This document shows positions 27,193-37,060 of a stretch of 64,000 bases of DNA, piece by piece (within the stretch, counting starts at the first letter, position 1; each line of letters begins with the position of its first letter). The position numbers were made by a program, and so were the translations under genes. Below the pieces are notes generated by a model, which had not been told where the DNA came from, ran no database searches, and saw nothing but the letters and a program-made list of their open reading frames with translations. Origin of the DNA: a candidate division WWE3 bacterium (GTDB lineage Bacteria > Patescibacteriota > WWE3 > 2-01-FULL-39-13); contig CALRDH010000002.1 of the NCBI GenBank assembly GCA_943354835.1, positions 106,270 to 170,269 of the forward strand, given 5' to 3'.

Positions 27193-29316
27193 TTAAGAAG
27201 TAAATACCAATGGCTGTTCAAACGGTAAAACAATTATATTTACTCTTACATGCTCGTTTTCTCTAAATAACACCACTTCTCCTATTCCCAAATGTCCAAG
27301 TTGCTGTTTTTCCTCATCAGTCATCGGGTAAATGGTTCCGATATCGCCAAGTGTTGCATACGACTGTTTTAGTAGGATTTTTGTTTCTGAGTTTGTAACA
27401 ATTGCCTTACCGTACTCATTATCTAAAAAGTCCTCAACATCTTGAGTAATAGAAACAACTCCAATATTTCGTTTTCTAGCTTGCTTTACAAGCTCTCTAA
27501 AAAATACCGCCACCTCAGGGTCAATTAATAGTTTGTGAGCCTCATCAATAAAAAGCATTCTCTTTTTGCCATTGTATTTGTTCACTAAATTCCAGATTAG
27601 TGAGGTTAAAAGATACATTGCAGGATCACGTTTCTCATCTTTTTTTAGATCGTGTAAATCAAGCACAATAATATCGTTATTAAGCTCAAGCTTTCGAGAC
27701 GAATTAAATACTCCGCGCAGACTACCAGTAGATAGAACACTTAAATCTTTTTGCATTGGGTGATCATTTAATAGCTCAAGTAAATTTTCAAATGTCGGGG
27801 TTCCTTGATCATAAAGTTTTATAAGTGCCTCATCTAAAAATGCACCGTCATAATGTACAGGGGGAATAAAGAACTTAAAAAAGGTCTTGAGTGTTGAAAT
27901 ATGATCAAGAATATCGTTTTCTTGCAGACTTGAAACATAAAAAGGATTAATGCCGTTTTCTCTTGAGAAAGAGATAACTTCTCCACCAAGTGCTTTTGCA
28001 ATATTGACATATTCGCCTTCTGGATCAATGACAATAATCTGCACACCTCGCATATACAGCCTATTCATAAGTATTTTTGCAGTCACACTTTTACCCGATC
28101 CAGATACTCCAAAAATATTTATATTATTGTTTCGTGATGTAAACGGATTAACGAACGCCAAGCTGTTGTTATAAGCGTTTACACCCATAAATATACCTTC
28201 TGGATCATTGAGTTGCTTTGAAACAAAAGGAAGTAAGTACGAAGCCGCAGTAGATTGCAAAATTCTATTTTCTTGTACATGATCAATATTAAATGGTAAA
28301 AAGTTTTTGAATGCCTGTTTTTGACCGTAGGTATATTGATTAAAAGTCATGTCCATTGTTCCAGTGATGTTTTGAAGTTGTTTATGAAGATCTGAAAGCT
28401 GTTTTGTATCTTTGGCTTCAAGTTGTAAATAAAGTGAGTATAAAACGCCTTTTTCAGCCTCATGCACTAACTCATCAATAAAGCTCATAACCTCTTCAAT
28501 ATTTTTATCAACCTGTTGATCTCGAAGTTTCCCTTGTTTTAACCTCTCATTTTGTTGCATCTCTAAAACAGACAATCTTTGTCGTGCTTTTTTCAAAAGT
28601 TCACTACTTGGAGATGGTTGAATAAAAATACTTATGGTAAATGGCAACGCGGAGCTTAAAAGCCTAAAAAATACATAGGGACTTAAATAAGCTGGAATAT
28701 CGGCAAGATAGTAGTATCGTTTTAACTTTTCTCCTACTTGAACATGGCTATCATGTTCTTGAATATACTCACTCTTGTATATTTTATGACCATTTCGTTC
28801 GACCTTTAGACCATTTGCATCATTTTCAATGTTCAGGTGTACTTCGGCTTTCCGAGAAGTTTCCAAAGCTTTGTAGTATAGTTTCAAGTCTTTCCTATAC
28901 TTAAAGTAATTGCGGACAAACCAAATTGGATTTTTTGTTTTTACAATTGATGGTTTATGAACAAGTGGCAACTGATTATGAATAAACGGAGTTTGCTCAA
29001 TAAGTTCTTGTTGTTTTTCAATAACACTCATCAAGCGTTTTATCTCATCTCGTAGGGCTAGTTTTAGTTTGCTATCATTTATTTTAGGTTCTCCATTAAA
29101 AAAACTTTCTTCAATTTCTGAAATACCTTTGCTTTTTGTTTTATAAATAGCATATTGTCGTTTTAGCTTTTTAAGCTCTTCATCTTGTTTTTCTTTCTCA
29201 TACGAAAGGTGCTCCAAGCGATTTTGAAGTCTTTGACTTAAATTAAAGACACGAATATCGTTATATGTATTCTTTATTTTGTTTTTAATGGTTATAGGTA
29301 TAGCTTTTATTTTCAT
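27193..29316 (-). CDS. virB4: VirB4-like T4SS ATPase
   Basis: GVSGSGKS, IDPEGEY, LFIDEAH, ARKR, ITQDVEDF. Confidence 0.9.
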   Translation of the reverse strand: MKIKAIPITIKNKIKNTYNDIRVFNLSQRLQNRLEHLSYEKEKQDEELKKLKRQYAIYKTKSKGISEIEESFFNGEPKINDSKLKLALRDEIKRLMSVIEKQQELIEQTPFIHNQLPLVHKPSIVKTKNPIWFVRNYFKYRKDLKLYYKALETSRKAEVHLNIENDANGLKVERNGHKIYKSEYIQEHDSHVQVGEKLKRYYYLADIPAYLSPYVFFRLLSSALPFTISIFIQPSPSSELLKKARQRLSVLEMQQNERLKQGKLRDQQVDKNIEEVMSFIDELVHEAEKGVLYSLYLQLEAKDTKQLSDLHKQLQNITGTMDMTFNQYTYGQKQAFKNFLPFNIDHVQENRILQSTAASYLLPFVSKQLNDPEGIFMGVNAYNNSLAFVNPFTSRNNNINIFGVSGSGKSVTAKILMNRLYMRGVQIIVIDPEGEYVNIAKALGGEVISFSRENGINPFYVSSLQENDILDHISTLKTFFKFFIPPVHYDGAFLDEALIKLYDQGTPTFENLLELLNDHPMQKDLSVLSTGSLRGVFNSSRKLELNNDIIVLDLHDLKKDEKRDPAMYLLTSLIWNLVNKYNGKKRMLFIDEAHKLLIDPEVAVFFRELVKQARKRNIGVVSITQDVEDFLDNEYGKAIVTNSETKILLKQSYATLGDIGTIYPMTDEEKQQLGHLGIGEVVLFRENEHVRVNIIVLPFEQPLVFTS

Positions 29317-30122
29317 CGTAGTGTTTGTTTTGCAAAACTTATTAACTCGTCAACCTCCAAAGCGCGTACTTGTATGTTGCAAGCAAAAAGAGCAGAAGAA
29401 AAACGCATAGTCATGTCATGTAACTTTTTCATACTCGCCAGCTTTTCATTGGGTTTTGTCGGGTTACAAGATACCGTAAAAACGGCATAATGCTTTGTTG
29501 CTGTAAAGTTACTTTCATTTATCATATCGGTTAAGTTTTCAATGTACTGTGCAATCAAAGGCTCGCGTTTAGTATTTGATTTTGCATAGAGCGAAAAGAA
29601 ATGTTTTGAGTAGTCTTGTGTTTTAGCCTGTTCTTTTTTCACAATAAACTGCACTTGATCTGGCAAAACATGAAGCATTTGTTTTAACTTTAAAAAGAAG
29701 TGTTCTCGATCTTGATCATTTAAAAGTGATATATCAAAAGGCTCAACTTCTAAAAGTTGAATAATGCTATTTTTACGAATAACCAAGTTGTCTTGAATAG
29801 TAAAATCAACAAAGTATGGTTCTAGTTCTTTTTGTCTAAATGTTTTCTTGCCCTTTTTAAACATAATTGCTCTTGGAAAAATTTTATAAATTGGTTGATT
29901 ATCAATTCTTTGAGTTATAAATCCTACAAAAGCTATCTCAAGTACAATAAGTGAAGCCAAGTACATATTCCAATTAAATGCATGAAATACATATGTAAGC
30001 AAAAAGTACAAACTTCCTGCAATAAACACCCCTCCAACTAAAAAGATGGTGCTGTCTGTAAAAAACAGACTTCTTAAAATGTGTTGACGAATATCGTCTT
30101 TATATATTCTTACGTTTTTCAT
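29313..30122 (-). CDS. PrgI/VirB3-like membrane protein fused to a VirB4-N-like region
   Basis: Two N-terminal TMs, then LEVEPFDISLLNDQDRE; ATGA overlap with virB4. Confidence 0.6.
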   Translation of the reverse strand: MKNVRIYKDDIRQHILRSLFFTDSTIFLVGGVFIAGSLYFLLTYVFHAFNWNMYLASLIVLEIAFVGFITQRIDNQPIYKIFPRAIMFKKGKKTFRQKELEPYFVDFTIQDNLVIRKNSIIQLLEVEPFDISLLNDQDREHFFLKLKQMLHVLPDQVQFIVKKEQAKTQDYSKHFFSLYAKSNTKREPLIAQYIENLTDMINESNFTATKHYAVFTVSCNPTKPNEKLASMKKLHDMTMRFSSALFACNIQVRALEVDELISFAKQTLR

Positions 30123-31854
30123 TTTTGTTATATGAATACATTCGAATGATAGAATCGGCCGTTTCTTTTCCATGTCGTTCGATAATTACTCCTTTAATTC
30201 CAAGCGCACTATTTCTTTTTTGCGAAACATCTAAAAAGTTTCTAACCTTTTCAGGAGGGCTTGATTTTGTAACATAGGCATAGCTAATTGCTTTGCCTTG
30301 TTTTTGTGATTCTTGCATAGCGTTGTAATGATGAGGGTTTGGATTTTTCTTGCTAAAGGTTGAAAGATCAATAAAGCGATCTTCTTCCAGTTGAACTGTT
30401 TCAAGTTTATCCTCTGATACACCATCTTGAACGGCTTCCATTCGCGTTGGATAGTACGAGGTAAGACCTGTTTGTTTGTCTTCATGTTTGTATGCTTCAC
30501 CACTAATTGCAACTATCCCTTGTTTTGCATTTTCGGTTTGTATATTTAGTCCTTTCCCTTCGAGATCTTTTGAGAATCTTGTTTTTTGACTACTTGGTGT
30601 GACTTCACTTACTGTATGGCTTGAGGTTTCATTTGAGTATGTATTCTTGTTTGTTGATCCACCCCCACCGTAAAATTCGTTTTCTTTAGAATCCGATCTA
30701 TTTTTTAGTATTTGGTCTCGAACAAAGTGTCCTGCAACTGTGCCTAAGCTTCCACCGATCAAACCTCTTTGAAAATCTTTGACCTGAGATTGTACTGGTC
30801 CAGTTACTGCTCTTGTAGCCATTGCAGCCTGCATATTTGTGGCAAACGATCCCCAAGTGTCACCAAATATTCTTCCAACAAGCATGTTTACTCCACCTAA
30901 AAAGAATAAAAAGCCGGTGTAAAAAAAGAGCATTCCAACTGTTGGCCCTTTTGAACTTAAAATACTGCTAAAGATATCATTGGCAATTGCAAAACCAAGT
31001 ACAAATGCTGGTTGCTGAATTAAAAAGGTAAACCATGTTTTAAAAAAGGTGTTTACTATTCCTTGAGTTCTCTCAGACAAAGCAAATGGAATAATGATTG
31101 GATACAATACTCCTAAAAATACGAGTGATGCAAACCGAATAACAAACTGAAAACCAATATATACAAATCCTCCGAGTAAAAATAGAAATGTAAGGACAAA
31201 TAAAAATGTTTGTACAATAAATTTGCCAAATGACTTGAGCACTCCGCCATTCATCGAAACATCGTAGCTTGGAATACCATATTGCTCTGATTCATTACCT
31301 GCCTGAATTTTTTCTTCTGATGAATCAAGATAATCATTTAAAAACCCAGTAAATTGTTGAGTTGTTGTGATTTTATCTACCAATAAGTTATTAAACTGAA
31401 TACTGTACGATAAGATTGATGGGACGGTTAAAAACAAAACTACGGTAATAAGAAAACGAATTCCAAATGATTTTAGCTCTTGAAGGTTATCTGATCCTAT
31501 TTTTGAGACGGCTATTACTGCAATTGATATAGCAATAATAGGTATGGCAAGTTGGTTAAAAATATCTCGGTATTTTGTAACTCCAGGAATTTCTGTGTTG
31601 TCTTTTAGTTTTATAGTTTCTCCAAAAGGGTTTGGAGTATAAAAAATGAATCCTCCCATAAATGAGTCAAATCCAGCGATAAAATCTTGAAGTAAAGTAA
31701 TGATTGATGAAGGCTTGTCTTCAACCGTAAAGTTGTTTACCCATTGTACTTGTGGTGGAGGAGTTGGTGTTGGTGCGGGCTCTTGTGCAAAAGCGGGAGA
31801 AATATTAGCGAATGTGAGAATGCACAAAAAGATAATTAGTTTTAATGCTTTCAT
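30100..31854 (-). CDS. VirB6/TrbL-like polytopic T4SS membrane protein
   Basis: Signal peptide, multiple TMs, IRFASLVFLGVLYPIIIPF pattern, soluble C-terminal tail. Confidence 0.7.
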   Translation of the reverse strand: MKALKLIIFLCILTFANISPAFAQEPAPTPTPPPQVQWVNNFTVEDKPSSIITLLQDFIAGFDSFMGGFIFYTPNPFGETIKLKDNTEIPGVTKYRDIFNQLAIPIIAISIAVIAVSKIGSDNLQELKSFGIRFLITVVLFLTVPSILSYSIQFNNLLVDKITTTQQFTGFLNDYLDSSEEKIQAGNESEQYGIPSYDVSMNGGVLKSFGKFIVQTFLFVLTFLFLLGGFVYIGFQFVIRFASLVFLGVLYPIIIPFALSERTQGIVNTFFKTWFTFLIQQPAFVLGFAIANDIFSSILSSKGPTVGMLFFYTGFLFFLGGVNMLVGRIFGDTWGSFATNMQAAMATRAVTGPVQSQVKDFQRGLIGGSLGTVAGHFVRDQILKNRSDSKENEFYGGGGSTNKNTYSNETSSHTVSEVTPSSQKTRFSKDLEGKGLNIQTENAKQGIVAISGEAYKHEDKQTGLTSYYPTRMEAVQDGVSEDKLETVQLEEDRFIDLSTFSKKNPNPHHYNAMQESQKQGKAISYAYVTKSSPPEKVRNFLDVSQKRNSALGIKGVIIERHGKETADSIIRMYSYNKNEKRKNI

Positions 31855-31865
31855 GCATATCAAAG

Positions 31866-32150
31866 TTATACGGTTCCACCAACAAATTGCTTAATAATTC
31901 CAGCCAATGTTGCGGCACCAAATACAAGTAAACCACCGATTAGAATATTGATGATCCAACCTCTAAGTGTTGATTTACGCTCAGTATCATCTCCGCTCAT
32001 AACTAAAAAGATACCAAGTGTAGCAATGGCGATAGCCATAACAGGAAGAGAATACCATTGAAGAGTCTTGACTATACCCCATAGAAGACTGTCAAGGTTT
32101 GTGAACTGAATGGGTTGAGCTGCGTCATACCCCGGTATTCCGTTTGCCAT
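31866..32150 (-). CDS. VirB2/TrbC-like pilin
   Basis: 94 aa, two hydrophobic helices around SGDDTERK, IIGGLLVFGA-like end; first gene of the operon. Confidence 0.7.
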   Translation of the reverse strand: MANGIPGYDAAQPIQFTNLDSLLWGIVKTLQWYSLPVMAIAIATLGIFLVMSGDDTERKSTLRGWIINILIGGLLVFGAATLAGIIKQFVGGTV

Positions 32151-32209
32151 AATAGTTTATTTTTCTTTGGGGGCAGAACTTATAACAACACTATGAGATT
32201 AACAAGCGT

Positions 32210-32238
32210 AGTATAATTCTACATATAGTAAATGTCAA
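32210..32238 (-). promoter_or_regulatory. Sigma70 promoter of the transfer operon
   Basis: TTGACA-17 nt-TATACT on the minus strand; TCAACA/TGTTGA inverted repeat overlaps the -35. Confidence 0.65.
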
Positions 32239-32366
32239 CAATAAATGTTGATTTAATAACCTAATTCAAAATTCCGAAGGCAATATTGTGTTTAATCGTG
32301 ATTTATTGACTATAATAAGTTCAAGACACTGAGTAGAGTAAAAAGGTTATAATTACAAATAACGTT

Positions 32367-35042
32367 ATGAAATTTAAATTTGAATCTAATCTAAAATTTC
32401 AACTAGATGCTATATCATCTGTGACTGATTTATTTGTAGGTGCTCCATTTATCAAACCAGAGGAAGCTATCTTTTCTGAAGTCGCTAGTAATGTTTTAAG
32501 AATATCTCCAGAGGAAATATTTGCCAATCGTGACAAAGTTATAAAAAATAATGGTATTACGAACTCCTGTAAGGAAGATGTCTTAGATTTTTGTGTTGAG
32601 ATGGAAACAGGTACAGGGAAAACCTATGTATATCTAAGAACTATCCTCGAGCTTCACCAAAAGTATGGTCTTTCCAAATTTATTATCGTTGTGCCAAGCG
32701 TTGCGGTTAAAGAGGGAGTAATGAAAACCCTACAGATCACCAAAGATCACTTTGAGGAACTTTATAACTCTATCCCCTATAGTTACTTTGAGTATGACAG
32801 CAAGAAAATAAATAAAGTAAGAAGCTTTGTTTACTCTAATCACCTGCAAATCATGATAATGAATGTTCAAGCATTTAACGCTGATGACAGAATTATTAAT
32901 CAAGAAAGAGATTCAAATAATGGTGAAAAACTAATTGATTTAATAGAGAAAATCAGCCCTGTTTTGATACTAGATGAACCTCAAGTTGGCATGGATACAT
33001 CCAACACAAAAGATAGAAGAAGAAAACTTAACCCACTTTTTACCCTTCGTTATAGCGCTACTCATAAAGTAGTAAAGAATCTGATTCATAGGCTTAGTCC
33101 TTATGAAGCCTACAATCAAGGTTTGGTCAAAAAAATTGAAGTTTTTTCAATTCATGAGAGCAATACCCAAAGCAATGTTTATGTTGAATTTGAAGGTATT
33201 AAGTTGACCAGTGATAAGCCACAGGCAAAACTCAAGATTAGTTATAGGCTTGCTAGTGGGGATTTTAAGATAAAGTCTGGATATTTTAAAGATGGTGATG
33301 ATCTAGAAGAAAAAACTAAAAACCCTGTATATAAAGGGTGGGTTATCGAAAGAATACTCAAAGATCCTCTAAATGGTACGAGCACGATTAAATTTAGTAA
33401 TGGCATAAACTTAACACAGGGCGAATCGCACGGTATAGATAAAGAAAGTATCTTTAGAGAACAGATTCGCTGGACAATCAAAAAGCACTTCGATAAAAAG
33501 GATAAGTATAAAGATAAGAAAATTAAGGTTTTATCACTCTTTTTTATAGATAGAGTAGCTAATTATATAGAAGACAATTCATTAATAAGGGTCTTATTTG
33601 AGAAAGTTTACACTGAGGAGTATAAAAATAGATATAAAATTCTACCAGACAATATATCCAAGGTTCATGATGGGTATTTTGCAAAGACTTCACAAGGAGA
33701 CTATACCGATAGTGAACTATCAATGAGTAAAAACAGTGAAGCTTACCAAAAGATTCTAAAAGATAAAGAAAGACTACTTTCTTTTGAAGAACCGCTTGAA
33801 TTTATTTTCTCTCACTCAGCCTTGGGTGTTGGTTGGGACAACCCCAATGTTTTTAATATCTGTACTCTGAATGAAACTGAGAGTTTAATCAAAAAACGAC
33901 AGGAAATAGGGAGAGGCTTACGTTTAAGTGTTACTCAAGATGGTGTTCGATACAGAGACTCGCTAGATGTTGAAGAAGGCAAGGAAATCAACCTGCTAAC
34001 GGTAGTAGCAAACCAAAGCTATTATGCCTTTACTCAGTCTTATCAAGAAGAATTGATAGCAGAATATGGCTTTGGTGAAAAAAAACCAGATATTAGAAAT
34101 GCTAGACATGAACCAAAGCAAATTAGACTTAATAAAAATGCTATTACAAGCAATGATTTTCAAAACCTTTGGAAAAAAATATCTCAAAAAACCAGATGTA
34201 AGGTTTTCTTTAGGGAAGATTCAATTATTGAGAAATGTATTGAAAGTTTAAACACAATTGTTGTCCCAGAAGTTGTCATATCAATTAACTTAAATAGAAT
34301 TACGGGAATTTTAGAACAAGAAGAAGACATGATTCAAAGCAAGAATGTGGGCCAAACAGAAGCAGAAACCAAAGCCAAGTTTGCTCCTATGAATCTCTTT
34401 GAAGAAATTGCAAAAAATACAGCCTTGAGTGTAGCTACTGCTACTAAGATTTTAGAAGGCGTTCATAACAAGCAAATGATCATAAGAAACCCAGTCGTTT
34501 ATCTTACAGAAGCGATTAAACGTATTAAAAGAGTTTTAAATGATGAAATGGTTAGATTAGTTAGATATGAAGCTTTAAATGAGAGTTACTCACTTAAAGA
34601 ATTTGAAGATGTAGTTACAACTTATCAGCAAAGTAACATCATCGAAGTTAATAAGAGCATTTATGATCATGTGATTTGTGACAGCGATATTGAGAGAAAC
34701 TTTGCCTTAGATATAGATGAAGAAAACAAAGTTAGAATGTTTGTAAAACTACCACATTGGTATACTGTACCAACTCCTATTGGAAATTATAACCCAGACT
34801 TTGCTTTGGTACTAGAAAAAAAGAATTTAGATGATGGGGGTAAGTCCAATTTTTACTTTGTAATTGAAACCAAAGGATCAAGAGAATGGGAATCCTTAAA
34901 GGAAGATGAGAAAATGAAGATAGACTGTGCTATCAAGCATTTTGAAGCTATTGGCTTAAAGGAGTATTTAGCTCCAATCGAGAGTATGAGTACTTTTAAG
35001 TCAAAGGCAAATGAAGTTACTGGCGAAAATGTGTTTAGTTAA
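32367..35042 (+). CDS. res: Type III restriction enzyme Res subunit
   Basis: EMETGTGKT, ILDEP, RYSATH, GWDNPNVF, QEIGRGLRL, C-terminal YNPDF..IETKG nuclease. Confidence 0.93.
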   Translation: MKFKFESNLKFQLDAISSVTDLFVGAPFIKPEEAIFSEVASNVLRISPEEIFANRDKVIKNNGITNSCKEDVLDFCVEMETGTGKTYVYLRTILELHQKYGLSKFIIVVPSVAVKEGVMKTLQITKDHFEELYNSIPYSYFEYDSKKINKVRSFVYSNHLQIMIMNVQAFNADDRIINQERDSNNGEKLIDLIEKISPVLILDEPQVGMDTSNTKDRRRKLNPLFTLRYSATHKVVKNLIHRLSPYEAYNQGLVKKIEVFSIHESNTQSNVYVEFEGIKLTSDKPQAKLKISYRLASGDFKIKSGYFKDGDDLEEKTKNPVYKGWVIERILKDPLNGTSTIKFSNGINLTQGESHGIDKESIFREQIRWTIKKHFDKKDKYKDKKIKVLSLFFIDRVANYIEDNSLIRVLFEKVYTEEYKNRYKILPDNISKVHDGYFAKTSQGDYTDSELSMSKNSEAYQKILKDKERLLSFEEPLEFIFSHSALGVGWDNPNVFNICTLNETESLIKKRQEIGRGLRLSVTQDGVRYRDSLDVEEGKEINLLTVVANQSYYAFTQSYQEELIAEYGFGEKKPDIRNARHEPKQIRLNKNAITSNDFQNLWKKISQKTRCKVFFREDSIIEKCIESLNTIVVPEVVISINLNRITGILEQEEDMIQSKNVGQTEAETKAKFAPMNLFEEIAKNTALSVATATKILEGVHNKQMIIRNPVVYLTEAIKRIKRVLNDEMVRLVRYEALNESYSLKEFEDVVTTYQQSNIIEVNKSIYDHVICDSDIERNFALDIDEENKVRMFVKLPHWYTVPTPIGNYNPDFALVLEKKNLDDGGKSNFYFVIETKGSREWESLKEDEKMKIDCAIKHFEAIGLKEYLAPIESMSTFKSKANEVTGENVFS

Positions 35043-35081
35043 ATTTTTTTTGAGAGTATTATAAAAAGAACAGTTAAGAAT

Positions 35082-37034
35082 ATGAAAAATATTACAACAA
35101 ATATTACAAATAAGATTGACAAACAGTCACCTGATCTTCGTCAAGAAATGTTGGATAAGTTAAAAAAGCTATACCCCCCTCTTTTTGATAACGAAGGCAT
35201 GTTAAATCAAGATGAGCTAGAGCAATTAGTAAGTGACTTTTCTACTCCCCAAACAGAGAAATATGAGTTTAACTGGGCTGGTAAACAGCAATCCAAGAAA
35301 AAAGCCTTTACTGCAAGTAAAGCAACTCTTAGAAGCGATGAAAAACGCAGTGTGGATTTTAATAATACAGATAATCTTATTATTGAAGGTGATAACTTAG
35401 AAGTCCTCAAGCTTTTACAAAAATCCTACTTTGGCAAGATTAAATGCATATACATTGACCCCCCCTACAATACCGGAAACGACTTTATTTACCCTGATGA
35501 CTATAGCGAAGACAAACAAGCTTATTGGGAAAAATCAGGAGTTAAGCAAGACGGAGTTAAATTAGATACTAATACTGATTCAAGTGGTCGTTATCATAGC
35601 AAGTGGCTCTCAATGATGTATCCAAGACTTCTTTTGGCTCGCAATTTGCTCAAAGAAGACGGAGCAATATTTGTAAGTATTGACGATAATGAAGCTCACA
35701 ATCTTAGAAAACTGATGGATGAGGTGTTTGGGGAAGAAAATTTTATCACTCAAGTGGTGGTGCAAACTAACCCAAGAGGAAGGTCTTTGGATAGACATTT
35801 TGCTAAGACCTTAGAGTATGTAATAGTGTATGGCAAAAATGCGGATACAAACACTTCAATTTTTGAAATTCAAAAGGGAGAAAAGGCTTTAGCCCAATAT
35901 AATAAAGGTGATAGTCAAGGACAGTATAGATTGCTTGAGCTAAGAAATAGAAACCCTGTTTTTACAAGAAAGAATAGACCTAATTTGTTTTACCCTATCT
36001 TTATCAATAAAGATACTGGCGAAGTTTCCTTGGAAAAAGACGAAGTATTTTCGACTGAAGCACTACCTCTTAATTCTAAAATGGAGGAGGGTTGTTGGAC
36101 TTGGGGTAAGAAAAAGTTTGAGAAAAATAAAAAAGACTTGATTGGGAACCTTGCCTCAACTGGTGTTTGGAGAATATTTCGAAAAGACTATATCCCTAGT
36201 GATGGTGCAACAACAAAAGAGAAAACATTGTGGATTGATTCATCCCTTAATCACGAAAACGGCAAAGAGGAAATGGCCGACTTATTCAATACAAGTGGTA
36301 GTAGTATACCTTTTGACTTTCCTAAATCCGTTGAATATTTAAAAAAAATAATAAATGTATCAACACAGTGGGGTGTGAACGATGTTTGTTTAGACTTTTT
36401 TGCTGGCTCAGGTACTACGGCTCATGCAGTGATGGATTTGAATAAAGAAGATGGAGGTAATAGGAAATTTATCTTGATTCAAATTCCAGAATCTACCGAT
36501 GAAAAGAGTGAAGCCTACAAAGCCGGATACAAAACCATTTCTGAAATTTGTATTGAGCGAGTTAAGCGCGCAAGTAAAAAAATTATAGATGGGGGAAATA
36601 AGATTGATGCTGGATTCAAAGTATTTAAGCTTGCTTCTAGCCATTTTCCAGAAAATACTTTTGCCCCTAATCCAGAAAAAAATGATGAAGAAAATAAAAA
36701 AGCCTTAGTGGCATATATTAGTAAGGCTATTTCTCAAAAGGGTTTGTTTAAAGATGGAGTTGTTGATTTAATTTATGAGATTGCTCTGAAAGATGGATTT
36801 GAGCTAACGCTCAAGATGTATAAGGTAAAGGAATTTGATGAAAATGTGGTTTATAAAGTCACAGACAGTCATAAAGAAGCCCTTATTTGCGTGGATGATA
36901 GTTTGGAAGATGCCACTATCAAACAACTTGAACGCCACAAAGACCAAAGATTTATTTGTTTACATACAAGCCTAAACACTACAAAAAAGTGGAATTTACA
37001 AAATATTCTTGGAAGTAATTTATGGTTGGTGTAA
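35082..37034 (+). CDS. mod: Type III RM Mod subunit, N6-adenine DNA methyltransferase
   Basis: IEGDNLEVLK, YIDPPYNTG, FPKS, DFFAGSGTT. Confidence 0.94.
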   Translation: MKNITTNITNKIDKQSPDLRQEMLDKLKKLYPPLFDNEGMLNQDELEQLVSDFSTPQTEKYEFNWAGKQQSKKKAFTASKATLRSDEKRSVDFNNTDNLIIEGDNLEVLKLLQKSYFGKIKCIYIDPPYNTGNDFIYPDDYSEDKQAYWEKSGVKQDGVKLDTNTDSSGRYHSKWLSMMYPRLLLARNLLKEDGAIFVSIDDNEAHNLRKLMDEVFGEENFITQVVVQTNPRGRSLDRHFAKTLEYVIVYGKNADTNTSIFEIQKGEKALAQYNKGDSQGQYRLLELRNRNPVFTRKNRPNLFYPIFINKDTGEVSLEKDEVFSTEALPLNSKMEEGCWTWGKKKFEKNKKDLIGNLASTGVWRIFRKDYIPSDGATTKEKTLWIDSSLNHENGKEEMADLFNTSGSSIPFDFPKSVEYLKKIINVSTQWGVNDVCLDFFAGSGTTAHAVMDLNKEDGGNRKFILIQIPESTDEKSEAYKAGYKTISEICIERVKRASKKIIDGGNKIDAGFKVFKLASSHFPENTFAPNPEKNDEENKKALVAYISKAISQKGLFKDGVVDLIYEIALKDGFELTLKMYKVKEFDENVVYKVTDSHKEALICVDDSLEDATIKQLERHKDQRFICLHTSLNTTKKWNLQNILGSNLWLV

Positions 37035-37060
37035 ATAAATAATGCATATATCTAAGCTGT

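Noticed and set aside
35459-35465. C7 run in mod as a phase-variation tract
   Set aside because: Short and explained by the Asp-Pro-Pro codons of DPPY; frame is intact
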